Assembly: GCA_045617905.1 (NCBI GenBank)
Contig: JAZLJO010000003.1
Span: 3,988 to 67,987 of the forward strand
Direction of reading: 5' to 3'
Length of the DNA: 64,000 nt
Origin: Candidatus Enterousia sp.
GTDB lineage: Bacteria; Pseudomonadota; Alphaproteobacteria; Rs-D84
Part shown: in pieces, positions 29,207-38,185 of the stretch
Layout of the letters: the number at the start of each line of letters is the position of its first letter
Numbering within the stretch: position 1 is the first letter of the stretch
Position numbers and translations under genes: made by a program
The notes under the pieces: model-generated
What the model saw: the letters and a program-made list of their open reading frames with translations, nothing else
The model's database searches: none
What the model was told of the DNA's origin: nothing

Positions 29207-29302
29207 AGTAAACGAATGTTACGATATGTTATTTACATTTGCAAGTGTCATCAATATTTTATTTTTAACACTCAATCATGCAAATGCTTATTATTTCTGA
29301 AA

Positions 29303-29326
29303 TAAAAAATCCCCCAACAGGGGATT
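29303..29326 (-). terminator. hairpin terminator just after the IMPase-like gene
   Basis: aaaaaATCCCC-caaca-GGGGATtttt. Confidence 0.45.
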
Positions 29327-29327
29327 T

Positions 29328-30044
29328 TTATAATTCAACCTTACCATTGGTGGCAATTAAATCTGCCCCCATTTCAATTTTTCCGCCTGCTTCACGGACC
29401 AACAAATCACCAGCGGCAATTTCTGCAAAGTCCAATGGTCGCGACACAAATGCATCCAATTTTCCCGATGCAACCCAGGCTAAATCCAACGCTGGGCATC
29501 CCGTTGAACGCATATCACCAAATGACGAAACTATACTATCGGTATTGTATGCAATCATTAAATCAGCCGGATTTACTAAATTTGAAACCCGAACACGTGC
29601 TGAATGGAAGGCCGAATAAACATATGTCCCCATTCCTGCTTCTGCATAATACAGACGTTCATCAATCGGCGAATACACCAATGCAATCTTTGTTTCATCA
29701 TTTGAACGCAATGCCAACGATATAGCAAAGTGTGGGTTTGCACGAACAAAATTTGACGCCCCAGATAACGCTAAAACAAATTCGTCACGTCCATCACCAG
29801 ACAGTGACACATTCGATGTCAACAAACCTGCCGCAGGACGCACCAACCGCAGGTCTGATAAAATACTTTCTTCGATTCGCTGGGATGCCTTTTGTACAAA
29901 ATCACGTGCACCACGCAATGATTGTTGTAAATTTTCAACTTCGCCAAAATCACGACGTAAACCAGATGCCGTACGTTGCAACGCCATAAACATCTTGTTC
30001 AATTCCGTTGAACCCTTAATCAACAATTCCATTGTATGCCCCAT
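29328..30044 (-). CDS. inositol monophosphatase (SuhB) family protein with degenerate metal-binding motifs
   Basis: Collinear with SuhB (NFVRANPHFAISLAL, STGCPALDLAWVASGKLDAF, AAGDLLVREAGG). However, EE..G is replaced by TSNVS, and DPxDGTxNF by ALSGASNF. Confidence 0.75.
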   Translation of the reverse strand: MGHTMELLIKGSTELNKMFMALQRTASGLRRDFGEVENLQQSLRGARDFVQKASQRIEESILSDLRLVRPAAGLLTSNVSLSGDGRDEFVLALSGASNFVRANPHFAISLALRSNDETKIALVYSPIDERLYYAEAGMGTYVYSAFHSARVRVSNLVNPADLMIAYNTDSIVSSFGDMRSTGCPALDLAWVASGKLDAFVSRPLDFAEIAAGDLLVREAGGKIEMGADLIATNGKVEL

Positions 30045-30068
30045 CCAATCCCAATACAGTTAATATCT

Positions 30069-30284
30069 TTATAAATCGCCAAATCCAGCGAATTTACCTT
30101 TGAACTTAGCAACGCGTTGTCCCTTTTCAGCGGCATTTGAACGTTGACCAGTCCATGCAGAATGATTCAAATTATCCGTAGACAAAACCAAATCTTTTTT
30201 AACAGATGAATACATTTTTACTGTTTTTCCGTCCGTACGTGTGACGTTGATTTCATAATATTCAGGATGAATACCTTTTTTCAT
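30069..30284 (-). CDS. rpmE: 50S ribosomal protein L31
   Basis: MKKGIHPEYYEINV...HSAWTG...KFKGKFAGF. Confidence 0.9.
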   Translation of the reverse strand: MKKGIHPEYYEINVTRTDGKTVKMYSSVKKDLVLSTDNLNHSAWTGQRSNAAEKGQRVAKFKGKFAGFGDL

Positions 30285-30357
30285 ATTATACCCTTTTTAT
30301 TTTAAATAGCGCCCAGATTATACAAATATTTTTCAAAAAATCAAGAATTTAATAAAA

Positions 30358-30870
30358 CTAATATCGCCCAATACACCCCAAATAAGAATTCCCAGTCGAT
30401 TCTAAAATATTCACGAACTGGGTTTGATTCTTGCCTGAAAACAATGCTAATATTGTGCCTGTATCTGTTGCCAACATATCTGCAACGGTTGCAATGCCTG
30501 AATTCATTTTCTTGAAAAAGCCACTGCTAGGGTGAATTTCGGCGGCCAACAAGTGATTTACCCCCAAATGTTTATGCATAACCGCCTGTTTTTCAATAAC
30601 CATCAATTGACACTCTGGAGAAATTATAACTTTATCAGTAACAACGGCATCACTGCCTAACAATTCCCCCCACCATCCGGTTGATTCACAAAAAACAGGA
30701 TAATAAATAGCCGCATTAGGGTTTTCATTTAACACAGCCGCCAAATCAATATCCCCCATGATAACATCCGGCATAACACCAGTATTGGCATTTATAATCC
30801 TGCGTGCCATCTGATAATCCGAATCACCAGTTGTCTTGTGTGGCCAATAAAGAATCGGAAACTGCTTCAT
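30358..30870 (-). CDS. hypothetical cytoplasmic protein, downstream of membrane paralogue E
   Basis: 170-aa ORF on the same strand, 75 nt after the 651-aa gene; no motif recognised. Confidence 0.45.
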   Translation of the reverse strand: MKQFPILYWPHKTTGDSDYQMARRIINANTGVMPDVIMGDIDLAAVLNENPNAAIYYPVFCESTGWWGELLGSDAVVTDKVIISPECQLMVIEKQAVMHKHLGVNHLLAAEIHPSSGFFKKMNSGIATVADMLATDTGTILALFSGKNQTQFVNILESTGNSYLGCIGRY

Positions 30871-30945
30871 GCTGTGAATTATATCAAATTTAGGTTTTAT
30901 AAAAAAGTCCCCCAGGTTGAATAAATGACTTGATTTTTTATTTTT

Positions 30946-32901
30946 TTATCCTGCGACAAATGAACCGCTGCCAGAATTTACAAAAAACTGTCCACTTTCA
31001 ACATCATACATTCCCAACACATTATCAGAAATGCGCCGTGCCGGCCTAAAATCGTGAACGACCCGCCCGCCACGGGTAAATACAACCTGATAAATTCTAT
31101 CCCAACAAACCGAATCAGAATCATATCCATTGGCATTATATCCAAATATATACGCGGGCCAGCCAGAACCACCGGAAACTAACGAATCGGTAATATTAAA
31201 TATCGTTGTATCATCGACTTTGCATAATTTATCGTTTTTATAATTAACATCTATTTTTACGCGCCCCCCAACCGCAACGGGTTTTGTGCCATATTCAGCA
31301 ACATTCCAACCAAAAAATATATCTGCGGTGGCCCCAATCGCCCATTTAGAATTCGAATCTGTTCGTGATGTACATGTTCCTACAAATGCCCGCATCGCCG
31401 TTCGGGACGAATCGCCATCAACATACAAACGAATACCTGATGTTCCATCCGGAACAAATCCGGTATTAATATATGCCCGTCCATCACTTTGTAACCAATT
31501 TAAAAATACAACATTATTTTGTGCACCTGATGTTTCCCCGGCACCACTACCACCGCCACCACCAGACGTGCCACCTGAATTACTGTTTGTAACACTGGGG
31601 GTATTAACACCGCGTGCTTTATCAATCCATGTTTTAACCTTATCCGCCAAAATTTTAAAGTCAGATATTGCGTTATTAAACATATTTTCTGGAATTGCAA
31701 CATTCGCAAACAACGTTTTAACCAATACAGGGATCATTGTCATAAACATAGCAATAAATATCCCCAACATTACAATGACAAACAAACTGTCATTACGCAT
31801 ATTCATACCATCTATCAACAATTTCGAATCATTTTGTTGTAATGCAACCTGTAACGTATCAGCACCATTCCATGTTCCAAACATCGCATTTAATAACATA
31901 ATTGCAAATGTTATGAACACACACACCATTGCAATTCCAACAGTATTTTTAACAACATCATTTATAATACCACGAATATCCTTCGCCCCCATTCCTGGAA
32001 ATATTTTCCACCCCTTAAATAACCACGAAAAAAATGCCAGGGGCAACATTATCAAATCCAATGTTAATTCTAAAAATATTTCTAAAAAATACATCGGCAC
32101 AGGTAACATAGCCCAGAAAAATAATACCATTATCGCCAATCCAACAAAAAACATTACAACATTTGGAAATATTGGAACAGTATCGGCAATTTTATGCATA
32201 TAATCCGCATCAAATGCCATATTCAACATTGTCCAGCCAACCGTCATCCCCAACCCCGTCATTTGATGTACATTACCAATCTCGCATGCCAAATTATGCC
32301 GCAAACGCACAGGATAGGCCCCAAAATCATCCTGTTTTTCTCCATCAACCGACACCGCATCAACCAGCGCAGTTGCAACAAGACAATTTGCATATGAATC
32401 ATTATCCGTAATAACATGATTTATAGACAATCCAACATTAAACAACGGTTCAAAAACAATATTTGACATCAAACGTGGCAATGGGGCCAATAATAACGCC
32501 ACCACCACCCCCAACTTTATTAATTGTGTTGTAAACATTTCGGTAACCCGCCACGGGTCATCAATTTTTGCATTTAAAAAACCTGAAAATATGTTCCACG
32601 CGAACCATACAGCACACAACCCGGCAGATACAGGAACCAAAACCATCCCAATCCCAGTGTATGCATTTGCAGCAATTTTAGATAAAACTGCCAATATATC
32701 TGAAAACATTTGGCATGACCAACAACTGGTAAAAAAATTTAATGCACTGGACATATCAGCTGGCACATACGTTCGATACAATGAAAAACCTGCAATTACC
32801 CCCAACCCCGCAATTCCACCAATAACAACAGGCGCAACTGCACCCGCGGAAAACGGCAAAAACGATAATAATACAACCCAAAATTTTTTTATCACATTCA
32901 T
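30946..32901 (-). CDS. polytopic membrane protein, paralogue E, with Gly/Ser linker and C-terminal extracytoplasmic beta-rich domain
   Basis: 651-aa ORF with multiple hydrophobic helices. It has the SCWSCQMF and FEPLFNVG motifs shared with the A-D genes, the linker SGGTSGGGGGSGAGETSG, and a ~185-aa C-terminal domain (YINTGFVPDG...GMYDVESGQFFVNSGSGSFVAG). Confidence 0.75.
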   Translation of the reverse strand: MNVIKKFWVVLLSFLPFSAGAVAPVVIGGIAGLGVIAGFSLYRTYVPADMSSALNFFTSCWSCQMFSDILAVLSKIAANAYTGIGMVLVPVSAGLCAVWFAWNIFSGFLNAKIDDPWRVTEMFTTQLIKLGVVVALLLAPLPRLMSNIVFEPLFNVGLSINHVITDNDSYANCLVATALVDAVSVDGEKQDDFGAYPVRLRHNLACEIGNVHQMTGLGMTVGWTMLNMAFDADYMHKIADTVPIFPNVVMFFVGLAIMVLFFWAMLPVPMYFLEIFLELTLDLIMLPLAFFSWLFKGWKIFPGMGAKDIRGIINDVVKNTVGIAMVCVFITFAIMLLNAMFGTWNGADTLQVALQQNDSKLLIDGMNMRNDSLFVIVMLGIFIAMFMTMIPVLVKTLFANVAIPENMFNNAISDFKILADKVKTWIDKARGVNTPSVTNSNSGGTSGGGGGSGAGETSGAQNNVVFLNWLQSDGRAYINTGFVPDGTSGIRLYVDGDSSRTAMRAFVGTCTSRTDSNSKWAIGATADIFFGWNVAEYGTKPVAVGGRVKIDVNYKNDKLCKVDDTTIFNITDSLVSGGSGWPAYIFGYNANGYDSDSVCWDRIYQVVFTRGGRVVHDFRPARRISDNVLGMYDVESGQFFVNSGSGSFVAG

Positions 32902-32912
32902 TTGTGTTAAAG

Positions 32913-32942
32913 TATATCACATTTTGCCTTAAATGTGATATA
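32913..32942. promoter_or_regulatory. perfect 12-bp inverted repeat TATATCACATTT-N6-AAATGTGATATA in the 62-bp divergent intergenic region; each arm contains an extended -10-like TGTGATATA(AT/CT)
   Basis: Read directly. A third half-site, ATCACATT, lies at 32891-32898 inside codons 2-4 of gene E. Confidence 0.6.
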
Positions 32943-32963
32943 ATTGATAAAAAATATACAAAT

Positions 32964-34223
32964 ATGAATCCGGTTCAACATTTATTTATTTGGATAATAT
33001 CCCATCGTATTCCTATGTTGATTATAACATCAATTGTTATGATCCCGGGAACCGCATTGGCAGATTGGGATTTCGTTGATGCATTAAATTTGGCACCATT
33101 TGTTTCAATGGTATTAGATGCCATGATGATGGTCGCAACCGGCGGATACGAATTTTTTGTAAAACCAACATCCGGCATCGGAATTATTCAAATGTTGATA
33201 TGGGGATTCTTTAGTTTATCTGTTACACTGTATTTAATAAAAATGTATTTCCCAAAAACATGGGTTGAATTTGCCGGTTTTTCCGGTGGCGGTGAAATGA
33301 TATCGGGGGAACAACCAGAAAAAATCGCAACAAACATTTTACGCCCCGGCCTGCGTGCAATAATTGCGACCGTTGTATTATTACAAATCAAACCGACATT
33401 TGTAACAGATGTTTTGGTTAATCCATTTTTACAATTTGGTGCCATTTACACGAATGGGGTTTTATCAACAATAAATGTTCCAACCGCCCAATCGGTGGTA
33501 TGTCCCCCCGAAATTATATCAAATGGATGGATATCCCAAGCGTCTTGCAATTATTTATTGCAACCGGTATCCGATTTATCACATGCCAACAATCAAATTG
33601 TTAAACACGGATTGGATTTTGTTGTAAATGGGTTAAGCGGTCTATTTACACCGATATTTCATGGTGGTGCAGATTTTATGAATATATTAACAGGCATATT
33701 ATTAATTATCGCATTTGTTGGATGCAATATATTTATGGCGTTATTAATAATTGGGGCGATATTTGAAATGGGAATGTCTTTAATATTATATCCTTTTCAG
33801 GTATTAACATGGGTTGTTACCGCAAAAAATACCGATGGCTGGTTTGATGTTTGGCCTGCATTTTCCGGCATTGTCAAAGCATTACAGCAATTAATAATCA
33901 CAATGATTGCATGTGCAATTATTTTGGGAATAAATATTGCCATTGCCAATTCTATGTTGGGATGGCTTAACACACTGTTTACTAATGCATCCGGTGACAA
34001 TTTTTCATTCGGTTCACACACAATTATATGGATAACCGCAATACTAACAATTTATATAATGTATGAATTATTTAATAAAACCCGCCAAATATTATTAAAA
34101 TTTGCCGGTTCAAATGCAGATGCATTTTATAAAACCGCAACTGCCGACACAAAAAATTTTGCAAATACTATAAAAAACAACGCGGTAACAATTGGCAAAG
34201 CATTAGGATGGATTAAAAAATAA
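32964..34223 (+). CDS. polytopic membrane protein, paralogue A
   Basis: Start placed at MNPVQHLF (the track ORF from 32904 would abut gene E on the opposite strand, leaving no divergent promoter region). Multiple TM helices; VNPFLQFG motif; Lys-rich tail ending KALGWIKK. Confidence 0.7.
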   Translation: MNPVQHLFIWIISHRIPMLIITSIVMIPGTALADWDFVDALNLAPFVSMVLDAMMMVATGGYEFFVKPTSGIGIIQMLIWGFFSLSVTLYLIKMYFPKTWVEFAGFSGGGEMISGEQPEKIATNILRPGLRAIIATVVLLQIKPTFVTDVLVNPFLQFGAIYTNGVLSTINVPTAQSVVCPPEIISNGWISQASCNYLLQPVSDLSHANNQIVKHGLDFVVNGLSGLFTPIFHGGADFMNILTGILLIIAFVGCNIFMALLIIGAIFEMGMSLILYPFQVLTWVVTAKNTDGWFDVWPAFSGIVKALQQLIITMIACAIILGINIAIANSMLGWLNTLFTNASGDNFSFGSHTIIWITAILTIYIMYELFNKTRQILLKFAGSNADAFYKTATADTKNFANTIKNNAVTIGKALGWIKK

Positions 34224-34225
34224 CA

Positions 34226-35404
34226 ATGACAGATTTGGCAAACATTTTAATTGATTCATCAGTACAGTGTTGGGGATGTGCTGTATTTGACCGGTTGTTT
34301 CAAATCGTTTCAACGATGGCGGCGGCAATATACCATAAAATGGCAATTATTTGCATGATATTGTTTATCATATTATTGGCATTTTATATTTTAAACGTCG
34401 TATGGAAAAACATTCGTGAAAACAACGCCCAAGATACATTGTACAAAGATTCATTACAACGCGTATTTATAAATGCAATTGTTGCATTCGCATTACTTAG
34501 TACCGGTGTAATATTTCCACGTTTTTTAACAACCATAACATTTGAACCGGCCGCACAAATCGCATTAATTTATACAGATTCAATGTTGCAAACCGACCCG
34601 GCAACCGTTAATGAACGCGTAACATATCAACCCGAAAAAATATCCCAGGACGGATTTTTCCGACCACAATTACGGGACACAATAATAACGTTAATGAAAT
34701 CATCTGTTACAATGTTTCAATCGTTTATTAAATTGGGCATTGCAATAATGGATCAGGCGTTTTCATGGTCCGCCATGTTAAGTATCGGAATGTTTATTAA
34801 ACATATAATTATATTTTTTATCGGTTTATTTATATCATATAAATTTTTTGAATTGTTCTTACGTTATTGTTTTTATTTTGTAGATATCATAATTGCAATG
34901 GCATATTTTTCATTTTTCTTTCCGTTATCGTTATCAATGGTCGCGTTTAATGGTGCCAAAGACGTTCCGTCTTGGATGGCGGGAATCGGCAAAGAATTTG
35001 GGACGGGATATTTCAAACGTGTTATTAATGCCATTGTTGGCTTGGTTGCGGCCGTAATTTCATATACCATAATAATGGTAATAATTGCAAAATTTTTTAC
35101 CGCCAACGGGGTATCTGCATCAGATTTAATGTCAAAAATATTATCGGGCAATATATTTGAGGCACAATTATCAGAAAACAATCTGGCGATATTGGGAATT
35201 TTTAGCACGATTGTATTGATATATGTTTTAGATTTTATTTCAAAAAAGATTCCAACAATTCAAAAAATGATATTGGATGTATTCAAAGTATCGGCGGATA
35301 CAAAAATGAATGAAAATATGGCCACAGATATGTTCAGACTACCTGAAAATATAAAAAATTTCGGTCAAAAGATTAATGATATTATTAAAAAAATTAAACC
35401 ATGA
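34226..35404 (+). CDS. polytopic membrane protein, paralogue B
   Basis: QCWGCAVFDRLF motif, FEPAAQIA motif, multiple TM helices, and a Lys-rich tail. Starts 2 nt after the stop of A. Confidence 0.7.
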   Translation: MTDLANILIDSSVQCWGCAVFDRLFQIVSTMAAAIYHKMAIICMILFIILLAFYILNVVWKNIRENNAQDTLYKDSLQRVFINAIVAFALLSTGVIFPRFLTTITFEPAAQIALIYTDSMLQTDPATVNERVTYQPEKISQDGFFRPQLRDTIITLMKSSVTMFQSFIKLGIAIMDQAFSWSAMLSIGMFIKHIIIFFIGLFISYKFFELFLRYCFYFVDIIIAMAYFSFFFPLSLSMVAFNGAKDVPSWMAGIGKEFGTGYFKRVINAIVGLVAAVISYTIIMVIIAKFFTANGVSASDLMSKILSGNIFEAQLSENNLAILGIFSTIVLIYVLDFISKKIPTIQKMILDVFKVSADTKMNENMATDMFRLPENIKNFGQKINDIIKKIKP

Positions 35405-36834
35405 AAAAAGTAATTATTTCTTTTTTAGTCAAAGCCATTTTGCCGATAATCACTATCAGCATTGCGATATGGTATGTTTACACATCAATTGGCGGTGGTG
35501 CAATCACATATTCCAGCATGGACCGTTTTTTGAACGCCGTTGGGGCAAACGGTGACATTGCAAATACAAATGGTTGCTTTTTATGTGAAATATTGGAAAA
35601 AACATTTGGTGTACTGGGCGATGCCACAGAAAAATTTTGGTCTACAATTGTAAACGCCCTGTGGGTTTTGATGGCGATTGGATTTGGTATTTACATATTT
35701 GTATATTCTGGTCAATACATCTTAGACGCTGCAAAAACAACAACCAAATTGGACACAAATGAAAAGAAAATCGATTTTAGTAAATGGTTTGAAACGATTC
35801 GTAAATTATTAATTCGCATTTTAATCGTTGGGGCATTAATTGGTGTTTTGGGTATGGGGGGCAACACTGTATTACGTGCAGTATCATACGTTTTAATTAC
35901 CCCCGTATTATATGTTGGCAGTGTATTGTCAATGATGGCAACGGGCGCAATAGACGGGGCATCATGCTATGCATTAACAAACGCTGCAAACGATGTTATG
36001 GGGCCCGTATTCCAATCATTCATGTGCGTTATCGGAAATTTAAACAGCGTTATGTTGGCCGGTGTCGCAGGTGGTTTTTCATTAATGAATTATGCTTGGA
36101 TGGGTATGGGGGGCGGGATATTTACATGGATGGCGGGATTAACATTGGTTATTATGTTCATAATAATCGGATTTGATTTATTTTTTCAAATTTTAACAAT
36201 TATTTTCAAATTAATATTTATAATAATATTTTTACCATTTTTATTGGCAGCGGCGGCATGGGACAAAACATGGTCAGTTGCATCAGGCGCAATTAATGGT
36301 GCAATAAATATGATTGTAACATCGGCCCTAAGCATAATTTCAATAACCCTTAAAACAATAATTACATACGCAACAATAACCGTTGCAGCCGATGCATATT
36401 TTCCAGCCCCGATGGACGGATATACGGCTATTTTTCCACCAACATTTGGACAAAATATTCAAAATCCAGACAATCAAACATTATCTGTTGTAAACGTATT
36501 CAAAACCTGTGAAGAAAAGGCAAGCGTATCTGGAACATTAGATAAAGATACATTTGTAACATGTTTTACTGCACAACGTGCAATGGTTGAACGTAAATAT
36601 CCGCATGCATTTGATTTTATGTCAGATGGGTGGGAATTCATAATGATTATGATTTTGATATTCTTTTTATATTACTATGTAATATCGCCAAAAATTGATG
36701 ATGTTTTAGTTAAACCTGCAACTGACAACTTTGATTTTGGCGGCACATTAAAAACATTGGGGAAAAACACATATAATCAGGCACAAAAATATATTACTGC
36801 ATTTGCAAAAAATCGGGGATGGATTAATTCATAA
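35401..36834 (+). CDS. polytopic membrane protein, paralogue C
   Basis: GCFLCEILEKTF motif, ITPVLYVG motif, and tail KNRGWINS. ATGA overlap with B. Confidence 0.7.
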   Translation: MKKVIISFLVKAILPIITISIAIWYVYTSIGGGAITYSSMDRFLNAVGANGDIANTNGCFLCEILEKTFGVLGDATEKFWSTIVNALWVLMAIGFGIYIFVYSGQYILDAAKTTTKLDTNEKKIDFSKWFETIRKLLIRILIVGALIGVLGMGGNTVLRAVSYVLITPVLYVGSVLSMMATGAIDGASCYALTNAANDVMGPVFQSFMCVIGNLNSVMLAGVAGGFSLMNYAWMGMGGGIFTWMAGLTLVIMFIIIGFDLFFQILTIIFKLIFIIIFLPFLLAAAAWDKTWSVASGAINGAINMIVTSALSIISITLKTIITYATITVAADAYFPAPMDGYTAIFPPTFGQNIQNPDNQTLSVVNVFKTCEEKASVSGTLDKDTFVTCFTAQRAMVERKYPHAFDFMSDGWEFIMIMILIFFLYYYVISPKIDDVLVKPATDNFDFGGTLKTLGKNTYNQAQKYITAFAKNRGWINS

Positions 36835-38144
36835 TGAAACAATATTTAATGAGATTTTTTAAAATTATTACCTGCGGTATGTTTATATTAAACATCGGTC
36901 TGGGTAATGCATTTGGCGATGCGATACCACAATTTTCCGAAAACGGCGATAACACCGGTATAATTAATCAAAGTGCAATCAATAATATCACATCAAATTT
37001 ATCCGCTGATTTGAATCAATTTGGAAAAAATGTCCATTCCATACAATTGGTTGATGATTTTGTCCCGATCGAGGCCAAGGTTGGTCTGGCATTAATGAAT
37101 GGTATTTCATTGGTTGGACACATGTTAGACATATCATTATTTAGATTTGCAATATTGTTTATGGTTACCATGTTCGCATTTTGGATAATGGGCGAAACAT
37201 ATAAAATGATGCAAAGCAGCAGTAATATCATGGATTTATTACAATCAATTGTCCGCCAAGGGGTAAAAATTGCCATTTGTATCATAATATTACGCTTTGG
37301 TCCCGCAAAAATATTTATGGCAGTTGCGACACCAATAATATTATTTGGCGTATATGTATCTGACATGATTTTAAACACGGTAACAAACTTTGCCGGAATA
37401 CAAATTCCAGATACCTGCAATGCAATTTATCAATACGCCGCCGCAAACACATCACAACAAATGTTAATTGACCCAGATGCAGCGGCTGGTTTAATGTGTA
37501 TCCCAACACGATTAACCGGTTTTTTATACACGGGTGTTGCCACCGGATTTCATTGGATGCGTTTTGGAATCGGCAACAGTGGTTTTACATTTTTAATTGG
37601 TTTTGCGTTTGTTGTTTTATTTATTTTGGCCGCTTTTAAATTTGCATTTATTTCATTGGGGGTAATATTAGATTTGTTTTTATCAATTTTATTATTACCA
37701 TTGACCGCAATTGCAGAAACAACGGCAAAAACAAAATATGATGGAATTGTTGGCAATATTATAAACAGTTTTATGGGCTTATTTAAAACAGATAAATTTA
37801 AATTGGAATCTGTTATAAAAAAATTCATAAATGCATCGTTATATTATGTATCATTGGCGGTATCAATTGGATTTTGTGGGGCGTTATTATCATGGTTAAT
37901 GCCAATTGATATACAAACACATATTCCAACCCCAACGGATTTAGGTTTTATTTCAACATTATTATCAATTTGTTTGGTCATATATTTTATTGATGGCACC
38001 GAAGATATTGCAAAAAAATTGACCGGCAATATTGATAGCAGCACCGGATTGGCAAATCAAATTAAATCAGATTTAACAAATACATGGAATTTATCAAAGG
38101 CACAAACCGAAAAAATATGGAAACTAATCAAAGATAATTTGTAA
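36834..38144 (+). CDS. polytopic membrane protein, paralogue D (cleavable signal peptide, then TM bundle)
   Basis: Signal peptide MKQYLMRFFKIITCGMFILNIGLGNAFG, ATPIILFG motif, and tail EKIWKLIKDNL. TAATG overlap with C. Confidence 0.7.
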   Translation: MKQYLMRFFKIITCGMFILNIGLGNAFGDAIPQFSENGDNTGIINQSAINNITSNLSADLNQFGKNVHSIQLVDDFVPIEAKVGLALMNGISLVGHMLDISLFRFAILFMVTMFAFWIMGETYKMMQSSSNIMDLLQSIVRQGVKIAICIIILRFGPAKIFMAVATPIILFGVYVSDMILNTVTNFAGIQIPDTCNAIYQYAAANTSQQMLIDPDAAAGLMCIPTRLTGFLYTGVATGFHWMRFGIGNSGFTFLIGFAFVVLFILAAFKFAFISLGVILDLFLSILLLPLTAIAETTAKTKYDGIVGNIINSFMGLFKTDKFKLESVIKKFINASLYYVSLAVSIGFCGALLSWLMPIDIQTHIPTPTDLGFISTLLSICLVIYFIDGTEDIAKKLTGNIDSSTGLANQIKSDLTNTWNLSKAQTEKIWKLIKDNL

Positions 38145-38185
38145 AACCTGTGTGATTATTTGGTGTGAACAACATTTATTTTACG

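Noticed and set aside
31286-32203. 305-aa plus-strand ORF
   Set aside because: It is antisense to the 651-aa membrane protein gene. The minus-strand frame has coherent TM helices, motifs shared with four paralogues and a structured C-terminal domain, whereas the plus frame is Pro/Asn/Ile low-complexity.
30946-38144. Annotating the five-gene membrane array outright as a type IV secretion system (virB6 genes)
   Set aside because: Only an architectural analogy is visible. No VirB4/VirD4 ATPases, VirB2/3 or VirB8-11 are in the window, and I cannot verify TrbL/VirB6 homology without an HMM search. It is kept as a hypothesis in the findings, not as an annotation.
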